32,883 nucleotides of DNA from the NCBI GenBank assembly GCA_944372745.1, contig CALWAB010000105.1, forward strand, positions 1 to 32,883. The letters are read 5' to 3'. This document shows, piece after piece, positions 26,601 to 32,883 of this stretch. This DNA comes from an uncultured Clostridia bacterium (GTDB taxonomy: Bacteria > Bacillota > Clostridia > Christensenellales > UBA1242). The notes beneath the pieces were generated by a model. That model was not told where the DNA came from, made no database searches, and saw only the letters and a list, made by a program, of their open reading frames with translations. The position numbers were made by a program, and so were the translations under genes. How positions within the stretch are numbered: position 1 is the first letter of the stretch; the number at the start of each line of letters is the position of its first letter.

Positions 26601-28568
26601 TTATTTAACTTTCTTTAATTTATCAAATTCGTCTGGTTCTTTATTGAAATTAGCATATTCAGAAATATAAATTTTTCTTGATTCAATATCGTCACCCATC
26701 AAAGTAGTAATCAATTTTTCTGCTTCCGCTGCATCATCAATAGTTACTCTTATCATAGTACGATTTTTAGGGTCCATAGTGGTTTCCCAAAGTTGTTCGG
26801 GGTTCATTTCTCCCAAACCTTTATAACGCTGTATATCATAGCCCTTTCCAAACTCATCAGCATATTCTCGAAGCTGTTCGTCCGAATAAGCATATTTTAC
26901 TTCATTTTTCTTTGAAATTTTATAAAGTGGTGGTACACCTATATAAACATGCCCATCCAAAATAAGTGGTTTCATATATCTATAGAAGAATGTCAATAAT
27001 ATTGCTCTAATATGAGCACCATCTTGGTCGGCATCAGCTAAAATAATGACTTTATCGAATTTCAAATCATCCGTATCAAAATCATCTCCAATGCCTGCTC
27101 CCAAGGCAGTTATGATTGAACGAAACTCATCATTTTGTAAAACCTGTTCCAAACGCTTCTTTTCTACATTCAAAGGCTTTCCTCTAAGTGGTAATATTGC
27201 TTGGAAAGACCTATCTCTACCCATTTTCGCACTTCCGCCTGCACTATCGCCCTCAACAATGTAAAGTTCATTTTTCTTAGCATCTCTACCACTGCAAGAA
27301 GCCAATTTCCCAACCAAGGCTGTTGCTTCCAAACTATTTTTAGCACGCGTAAGTTCTTTTGCTTTCTTGGATGCAATTCTAGCGTGTGCTGCCAATTTAC
27401 CTTTATTAATTATAGCTTCAAGAGTCTTCTTACTATCAGCCTTTTCCATAATAGCCAATAAGTGAGTATAAACAAGGTTTTCAACTTCAGATTTTGCTTC
27501 AGGGTTGCCCAATTTTGTCTTTGTTTGTCCTTCAAATTGAACATTCTTCATCTTTACAGACAAAACTGCCGTAATACCTTCTCTATAGTCTTCCCCCATA
27601 AGATTAGCATCTTTGTCCTTCAAAAAGCCAGCCTCTCGTCCTGCATCATTAAAAACTTTAGTTAACGCAGTCCTGAACCCAGTTTCGTGAGTACCACCCT
27701 CTGAGGTCGATATATTATTTACATAACTAAAGACATTTTCAACATAAGCATCCGTATATTGAATAGCACATTCCAATTTAACTTTATCAGACTTTGCTTC
27801 AAAGTAAATAGGTGGATTAAATAATGTATTCTTTCCTTCATTTAGATAAGTGACAAAATCTTTAATACCACCGTCAAATTTATAAACACGCTTTAAATAA
27901 GAGCCATCTTCATTGACGACATTTTCATCAATTAGTTCAATAGTAGCACCTTTATTTAAAAAAGCATATTCTTTCAAGCGTTTTGCAATAACCTCACCGC
28001 TAAAATTTATTGTTTCAAAAATTCTAGCATCTGGCATAAAGCGAACAAAAGTACCTGTTTCATTTGTAGGTCCTAAACAACGCAAAGGCGACTTAACCGT
28101 TCCGCCTAAAATCTTACCTTTAGAATTAGGCACGGACGCAAATTCAATTTTGTACTTTTTTCCATTTTTATTGGTAATGACTTCAAGCCATTCACTTAAG
28201 GCATTAGTAACGGAAGCACCTACCCCATGCAAACCACCAGAATAATTGTAATTGTCATTATTAAATTTTCCCCCAGCGTGCAACTGAGTAAATACTACTT
28301 CAACACCAGAAATACCTAATTGTGGATGCTTATCGACAGGAATACCACGCCCATTATCTTGAACAGACACACTTCCGTCTTTATAAAGTGTCACTGTAAT
28401 TTTATCACCAAAACCATTTGCGATTTCGTCAATAGAGTTATCAACTATCTCCCACAAAAGATGGTGTAAGCCTTTAGAACTTGTCGTCCCAATATACATA
28501 CCTGGACGCAAACGAACTGCTTCCAACCCTTCAAGAACAACTATATCTTTAGAATTATACTCTTTCAA
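26601..28568 (-). CDS. parE: DNA topoisomerase IV subunit B (ParE-type)
   Basis: GHKL ATPase 'LEGLEAVRLRPGMYIG', 'GGLHGVGASV', Toprim 'EGDSAGGSAK', 'DADQDGAHI'; paired with the parC-type A subunit. Confidence 0.8.
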   Translation of the reverse strand: MKEYNSKDIVVLEGLEAVRLRPGMYIGTTSSKGLHHLLWEIVDNSIDEIANGFGDKITVTLYKDGSVSVQDNGRGIPVDKHPQLGISGVEVVFTQLHAGGKFNNDNYNYSGGLHGVGASVTNALSEWLEVITNKNGKKYKIEFASVPNSKGKILGGTVKSPLRCLGPTNETGTFVRFMPDARIFETINFSGEVIAKRLKEYAFLNKGATIELIDENVVNEDGSYLKRVYKFDGGIKDFVTYLNEGKNTLFNPPIYFEAKSDKVKLECAIQYTDAYVENVFSYVNNISTSEGGTHETGFRTALTKVFNDAGREAGFLKDKDANLMGEDYREGITAVLSVKMKNVQFEGQTKTKLGNPEAKSEVENLVYTHLLAIMEKADSKKTLEAIINKGKLAAHARIASKKAKELTRAKNSLEATALVGKLASCSGRDAKKNELYIVEGDSAGGSAKMGRDRSFQAILPLRGKPLNVEKKRLEQVLQNDEFRSIITALGAGIGDDFDTDDLKFDKVIILADADQDGAHIRAILLTFFYRYMKPLILDGHVYIGVPPLYKISKKNEVKYAYSDEQLREYADEFGKGYDIQRYKGLGEMNPEQLWETTMDPKNRTMIRVTIDDAAEAEKLITTLMGDDIESRKIYISEYANFNKEPDEFDKLKKVK

Positions 28569-28599
28569 AGTCTAACCTCCAAATTCACATAACATTGAG

Positions 28600-28627
28600 A
28601 TTATAACACATTTTTGCTCATTTTCAA
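28600..28627 (-). promoter_or_regulatory. sigma-A-type promoter for parE-parC (TTGAAA-16 nt-TGtTATAAT)
   Basis: Minus strand: TTGAAA (28622-28627), 16-nt spacer with extended -10 TG, TATAAT (28600-28605), about 30 nt upstream of the parE start. Confidence 0.45.
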
Positions 28628-28872
28628 AAAGATTTAACGCACTTTTTTATGTAATTTTTATACAATAAAACGGCAAAATTCCCCTATATTCGCTATTTAT
28701 ATTAAATAATGATAAATCAAATTTACAATCAAATATATAGATAAATAAATTTAAAAAACATAAAAATAATGGGCTATCTATTGTCAATATACTTATAACA
28801 TTTAAAAATTAGATTACTCATCTACTACCGACATTCTAATTATATTTATATCATATTTTTTTAAATTAAAAT

Positions 28873-28950
28873 AAAAAAAAGAATGCTTACTGGACATCCA
28901 GCAATTAAGAAAATCTGCTACAATATGCAGAATCTTCCTAACATTCTAAA
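28873..28950 (-). ncRNA. candidate ~75-nt small RNA ending in a U8 terminator (family unknown)
   Basis: Minus strand: 5'-UUUAGAAUGUUAGGAAGAUUCUGCAUAUUGUAGCAGAUUUUCUUAAUUGCUGGAUGUCCAGUAAGCAUUCUUUUUUUU. Closing stem AGAAUG-UUA/UAA-g-CAUUCU, internal hairpins AAGA..UCUGC/GCAGA..UCUU and GCUGG-augu-CCAGU, then U8. A promoter lies directly upstream. Confidence 0.4.
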
Positions 28951-28954
28951 ATAT

Positions 28955-28983
28955 ATTATATCATAATTTTGTACCTATTTCAA
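28955..28983 (-). promoter_or_regulatory. near-consensus sigma-A promoter (TTGAAA-17 nt-TGaTATAAT) in front of the candidate sRNA
   Basis: Minus strand: TTGAAA (28978-28983), 17-nt spacer with TG, TATAAT (28955-28960); the predicted transcription start (TSS) near 28948 coincides with the base of the closing stem. Confidence 0.45.
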
Positions 28984-29059
28984 CTAAAATCTATAGATTT
29001 ATAGTTTCTTACATTAAAAATTAATAAATACTACAAAATTTACAATCATATGTAGAATT

Positions 29060-31036
29060 TTATATATCTAGCAAGGTCTTATTATATTTCTTGTATGTTT
29101 TTATCACTTTCTCGACTTGTGGCAAAAGTTTAGCACAAGACATACCTAAATCATCCAACACATCTTTAGCCTTGCCACTTTCTCCAAAGCGTGCCAAATT
29201 AAATACCGCATCATATTCACGCAAGTATTTTTGATAAATATCATCATTTGACAATTCAATAAATACACGCAGTCCATCCCCTAAAACTTGTCTTTGATAT
29301 TTCTTAGATTGTTCGCTAAATATTTTTTCACAAGGCATAGATACAACTCTAGCAGTATAGCCCTTTTTAAATAATTCATCCCTTAGCTCTATACAAGTGG
29401 CGACTTCCCCACCGCAAGCAATAAGCGTAATATCGCACTTGTCTAGCGGACTATTTTCAATGACATAACCACCCAATAAAGCCTTCTCTATATCAGAATT
29501 CTGCATATTTAAATCTTGCCTTGACAAAATCAAAGCAGTTGGCATTTTATCATTTTTCAAATAAGTGATGTAGCCGGCGACTGTTTCTCTAGTATCGCAA
29601 GGTCGATAAACCATAACATTAGGAATAGCTCGTATGCTAGTTAATTGTTCTATAGGTTGGTGTGTGATGCCATCTTCCCCCACCATAATACTATCATGGG
29701 TAAGCAAATACAACACATTTAAACCCATTATAGCCGACATTCTCATACTTGGCTTTAAATAATCAAAGAAAACGAAAAATGTGGAACAAAAAGCTCTAAA
29801 TGCCCCATAAAGTTGAATTCCATTGCAAATAGCCGCCATAGCGTGTTCACGAATACCAAAATGGATATTACGCCCTAAAATTTCATCATTTGAAAAGAAT
29901 GGCTCGTTTTCAAAAAATGCTTTTGTAGATGGTGCTAAATCTGCACTTCCACCTATTAAATTAGGAATTTTATCTTTTAAAAAGTTTAGAACTTTGCCAC
30001 TGCTTGACCTTGTCGCCACATCATAAAACCAATTTTGATTGAACAACTGCTCTTGCACTGAATCAATATCAATAGGTTTAAAGAAATCATCTTGTAAAAA
30101 TTTCTTTAATTTTGGTGCGACTTGCGTATAATAAGCCTTTCTGCGTTTAGCACTTTCTGCTACAATGGCTTTAGTAGATTTTGAAAATTTCCAGTCACGC
30201 ATTTGGACGCCCAATTTGTCACGCAAATAGTCTAAACCTTTTTCGTCTAAAGCACTTCCGTGAATTTTAGGATTATCTTCAAGTTCACAACCATAACCCA
30301 ACTTTGTGCGACAAATAATAAGGCTTGGCTTTTCATCCTGTGCTTTAGCATCCGTGATGGCTTGTGAAATTGCTACACTGTCGTTTCCGTCTTCAACAAT
30401 TTGCACAAAAAAGCCTTGTGCTTCAAAGCGTTTGACAAGGTCATCCCCTAATGCTAAATCAGCTTTTCCTTCTATGGTCATATTGTTACTGTCCAATAAA
30501 ACAATAAGGTGGTTTAATTTCCATAACCCAGCAAGTGAACAAGCCTCGTAGCTTATTCCCTCGCTTAAATCTCCCTCGCCAACCAGTACATAGGTATAAT
30601 GATTATAAAATCCGTCTGCCTTGTCTTGTGACAACTTATTTAATTTTTTTTCACAAAGTGCCATTCCTACAGCATTAGCAATGCCTTGTCCTAAAGGTCC
30701 AGTTGTAACTTCCACCCCCGGAGCCCCATAATCTGGATGCCCAGCACATTTAGAATGTAATTGCCTAAAAGATTTCAAATCATTTATTGAATAGTCATAG
30801 CCATACAAATGCAAAATGGCATACAATAAAGCACTGCCGTGACCAGCACTCAAAATAAATCTATCGCGCATTAGCCAATTTGTGTCTTTAGGGTTAAAAT
30901 TTAAATGGTCATTAAATAAAGCAAATAAAATAGGTGCACTGCTCAATACTATACCAGTATGCCCAGACTTTGCATTGCTAATTTCCATAGCCCCCAATAC
31001 TCGCAATTCATTAATTGCTATTTCTCTATCTGTCAT
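29060..31036 (-). CDS. tkt: transketolase
   Basis: 'SGHTG', 'SAGHGS.LLY', ThDP motif 'GEGDLSEGISYEA...LDSN', 'HDSI.VGEDGITHQPIE'. Confidence 0.9.
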   Translation of the reverse strand: MTDREIAINELRVLGAMEISNAKSGHTGIVLSSAPILFALFNDHLNFNPKDTNWLMRDRFILSAGHGSALLYAILHLYGYDYSINDLKSFRQLHSKCAGHPDYGAPGVEVTTGPLGQGIANAVGMALCEKKLNKLSQDKADGFYNHYTYVLVGEGDLSEGISYEACSLAGLWKLNHLIVLLDSNNMTIEGKADLALGDDLVKRFEAQGFFVQIVEDGNDSVAISQAITDAKAQDEKPSLIICRTKLGYGCELEDNPKIHGSALDEKGLDYLRDKLGVQMRDWKFSKSTKAIVAESAKRRKAYYTQVAPKLKKFLQDDFFKPIDIDSVQEQLFNQNWFYDVATRSSSGKVLNFLKDKIPNLIGGSADLAPSTKAFFENEPFFSNDEILGRNIHFGIREHAMAAICNGIQLYGAFRAFCSTFFVFFDYLKPSMRMSAIMGLNVLYLLTHDSIMVGEDGITHQPIEQLTSIRAIPNVMVYRPCDTRETVAGYITYLKNDKMPTALILSRQDLNMQNSDIEKALLGGYVIENSPLDKCDITLIACGGEVATCIELRDELFKKGYTARVVSMPCEKIFSEQSKKYQRQVLGDGLRVFIELSNDDIYQKYLREYDAVFNLARFGESGKAKDVLDDLGMSCAKLLPQVEKVIKTYKKYNKTLLDI

Positions 31037-31058
31037 ATATTGCTCCTTAATTATTTTT

Positions 31059-31087
31059 AGTATAACATAATTGTAAAATTAAAACAA
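31059..31087 (-). promoter_or_regulatory. possible sigma-A promoter for tkt (TTGTTT-17 nt-TGtTATACT)
   Basis: Minus strand spacing and extended -10; about 20 nt upstream of the AAGGAG SD. Confidence 0.35.
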
Positions 31088-31131
31088 ATAAAAACCCTTA
31101 AAAAATGTAATAACTTATATTGTCCCAAAAT

Positions 31132-31163
31132 GAAAAAATAAATTCGACTTAATAGCCGAATTT
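31132..31163 (-). terminator. rho-independent terminator after spoIVA
   Basis: Minus strand AAATTCGGC-tattaa-GTCGAATTT (9 bp including one G-U) followed by ATTTTTT. Confidence 0.6.
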
Positions 31164-31194
31164 AAAAAATTTATAATAAAGTATAGGAAATCCA

Positions 31195-32664
31195 CTATAG
31201 TAAAATACAAATAATACCGCCTTTGCCTTCATTGACAATCTTAGTGAGAGTGCGACGCATCTTGCGTTGAGCATCCACAGGCATACCATTAAGTTTAGAT
31301 TTCATTCCATCTTCTATAAGGTCACTGAGAGAGCGTCCAAAAACATTTGTTTCCCAAAGTGATTGCGGATTATTTTCAAATTCCCCTTGCAAATATTTCA
31401 CAAAGTCATTAGTCTGGTCTTCTGTCCCCACTAAAGGCGACAAATCCGTTTCAATATCTACCTTCATTAAATGCAAACTCGGTGCACTAGCGTGAATTTT
31501 GACTCCATAACGATTGCCTTGTTTAACTACTACAGGCTCATCAAGCACCATATCTGTAAGTTTTGGATTGACAACGCCATAACCTGTTTCTTCAACTGAC
31601 TGCAAAGCATCCTTTAATTTATCATATTCGCGTTTAGCGTGTGCAAGCCCTTTGATTTGACTCATAAGGTGGAAATCATCCTCAATATCCATATCACATT
31701 CTTGACTCAATACTTTGTAGAAAAGTTGTGGTTTTGTCTTTATTTCAAACTCAATTTTCCCTTCCCCAAGTTTTACAAGCGAAGCACTAATAGGTTCAAA
31801 ATCGGCTGATTCCACGAAGAGTTGTCCTTGATTTAAGTCGCCAATTTTATATAAAATTTCAGCGTGCTCTTTAAATTCTTCCACTACATTTTCTATCAAT
31901 GGGTGTTCGAAAGGTAGTGCCTGCATCCATTTAGGCATATTAACTTCAATAGCAATGATAGGAAATTCTTGAAGCAAGTTTGCGAACATTTCATTAATGT
32001 TATCTTGACTTAAATTAGCCACATCCATAGCCATTACCTTCACTCCATACTTACTTGTTAAATCATTTGCAAGTTCTATAGTATCAGGCGCTTTAGGATG
32101 AGCAGAATTTAAGATAACAACAAAAGGTTTTTGTATCTCCTTAAGTTCATTAATTACCCTTTCTTCACCTTCTATAAAAGCATCGCGTGGCAATTCCCCA
32201 AAACTTCCGTCACTCGTCATCACAATACCCACAGTAGAGTGTTCTTTAATGACTTTTTCCGTGCCAATCTCAGCAGCGCGTTCAAGTGGCATATCTTCAT
32301 CGCTCCAAGGCGTCTTAACCAAGCGTGGCTTCTCACCTTCGCTACTGCCAAGAGCCCCTTTCACAAAATACCCCACACAATCAATAAGGCGTACATTCAT
32401 AGCAATATTGTCTATATTGATGCTCACAGCCTCGGACGGAACGAATTTCGGTTGTGTAGTCATAATAGTCTTACCGTCTGCAGATTGTGGCAATTCGTCC
32501 ACTGCTCTAATTTTAACATTGCTATCTTCAATGTTAGGAATAACTAATTTTTCCATAAAATTAGTAATAAAAGTAGATTTACCTACTCTAACTGGTCCAA
32601 CAACACCTAAATAAATGTCCCCATTGGTGCGTTTAGCTATATCTTGGTAAATGCTGTTTTCCAT
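31195..32664 (-). CDS. spoIVA: stage IV sporulation protein A (spore-coat basement-layer ATPase)
   Basis: N-terminus 'IYQDIAKRTNGDIYLGVVGPVRVGKSTFI' (Walker A), ~490 aa, conserved C-terminus '...GGIICIL'. Confidence 0.9.
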   Translation of the reverse strand: MENSIYQDIAKRTNGDIYLGVVGPVRVGKSTFITNFMEKLVIPNIEDSNVKIRAVDELPQSADGKTIMTTQPKFVPSEAVSINIDNIAMNVRLIDCVGYFVKGALGSSEGEKPRLVKTPWSDEDMPLERAAEIGTEKVIKEHSTVGIVMTSDGSFGELPRDAFIEGEERVINELKEIQKPFVVILNSAHPKAPDTIELANDLTSKYGVKVMAMDVANLSQDNINEMFANLLQEFPIIAIEVNMPKWMQALPFEHPLIENVVEEFKEHAEILYKIGDLNQGQLFVESADFEPISASLVKLGEGKIEFEIKTKPQLFYKVLSQECDMDIEDDFHLMSQIKGLAHAKREYDKLKDALQSVEETGYGVVNPKLTDMVLDEPVVVKQGNRYGVKIHASAPSLHLMKVDIETDLSPLVGTEDQTNDFVKYLQGEFENNPQSLWETNVFGRSLSDLIEDGMKSKLNGMPVDAQRKMRRTLTKIVNEGKGGIICILL

Positions 32665-32686
32665 TAAACCCTCCTAGATTTATAAC

Positions 32687-32715
32687 ATTATATTCTAGGC
32701 AAACAAACTTTATGA
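32687..32715 (-). promoter_or_regulatory. sigma-E-type sporulation promoter upstream of spoIVA (TCATAAA-14 nt-AATATAAT)
   Basis: Minus strand: TCATAAA (32709-32715), 14-nt spacer, AATATAAT (32687-32694); same -10 octamer and spacing as upstream of spoIIIAA. Confidence 0.45.
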
Positions 32716-32720
32716 TAAAA

Positions 32721-32751
32721 ATAAAAAAATCCCCTAGAGAAATCTCTAAGG
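32721..32751 (-). terminator. terminator-like hairpin upstream of the spoIVA promoter
   Basis: Minus strand CCTTAGAGA-tt-TCTCTAGG followed by GGATTTTTTTATTTTT; would stop transcription entering from beyond the window end. Confidence 0.4.
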
Positions 32752-32883
32752 TATTAAATTAGTTACAATATTAGCCATAACTTAACCCATGGTCAAGTAG
32801 GCACTCTTATTTATAATTATTAGGCGTTTACATAGGCAATATTAATTTTGAAAAAGCGACAGGATGCCTATTTATCTATAAAA

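Noticed and set aside
23307-28568. Calling the type IIA topoisomerase pair gyrB/gyrA
   Set aside because: The A subunit has KPVQRRILY (ParC-like in Firmicutes, versus KPVHRR in GyrA) and no GyrA-box in its C-terminal domain. The pair is also not in the dnaA-dnaN-recF-gyrB context. parE/parC is more likely, though a phylogeny would be needed for certainty.
28873-28950. Candidate sRNA being SRP (4.5S) RNA, a riboswitch, or a type I toxin locus
   Set aside because: It contains AGGAAG and AGCAG strings, but not arranged as the SRP domain IV hairpin with a GNRA loop. No downstream gene sits in riboswitch position, because the element ends in U8 about 250 nt before the parE promoter. The only peptides are 8 aa (minus strand) and 27 aa (plus strand), non-hydrophobic and lacking an SD.
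28938-28972. dif/Xer recombination site next to the topo IV operon (AT-rich 'CATTCTAAAATATATTATATCATAA')
   Set aside because: Only about 18 of 28 positions match the B. subtilis dif sequence as I recall it. The matches are mostly A/T in an AT-rich background, and the XerD-side arm does not align.
1-32883. CRISPR arrays, rRNA genes, transposases, prophage or known defence systems
   Set aside because: No regularly spaced direct repeats, no rRNA-like GC-rich blocks, and no ORF with transposase, integrase, Cas, restriction or Abi hallmarks was seen on either strand.
32761-32883. A second small RNA transcribed from TTGCCT-18 nt-TATAAA and ending at the 32721-32751 terminator
   Set aside because: The promoter match is mediocre, the predicted ~90-nt transcript has only weak 4-bp stems, and the terminator may simply belong to a gene beyond the window edge. 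The region is reported only for its TAGGCA motif cluster.

Overview
Strongly AT-rich, gene-dense chromosomal segment from an endospore-forming low-GC Firmicute (Clostridia-like). Most genes are on the minus strand. Content is mainly core housekeeping and sporulation genes. These include the rimP-nusA-ylxR-infB-rbfA-nrnA-truB cluster, spoIIIAA-AE, spoIVA, ylbJ, a topoisomerase IV pair (parE-parC), transketolase, hpf, ruvX, pgsA and one tRNA-Glu(CUC). I saw no transposase, integrase, CRISPR array, rRNA or recognisable defence system. No complete novel multi-gene system is evident. The observations most worth follow-up are: (1) parC carries a ~250-aa acidic N-terminal extension that opens with two tandem sliding-clamp-binding-like motifs (QMSIF, QLDLF). 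(2) rimP, first cistron of the nusA-infB operon, is intact in one frame except for a single in-frame TGA at what I recall as the conserved Cys codon. (3) A compact candidate small-RNA gene (near-consensus promoter, ~75-nt branched structure, U8 terminator) lies in the 490-bp AT-rich spacer between tkt and parE. (4) The spoIIIA operon stops after spoIIIAE, with no AF/AG/AH. (5) Matching sigma-E-type promoters precede spoIIIAA and spoIVA, and a TAGGCA motif cluster lies upstream of spoIVA. CDS coordinates come from the ORF track, with a few starts refined from Shine-Dalgarno (SD) evidence. Coordinates of RNA, promoter and hairpin features were counted by hand and may be off by 1-2 nt. All homology calls are from motif recognition and memory, not from searches.
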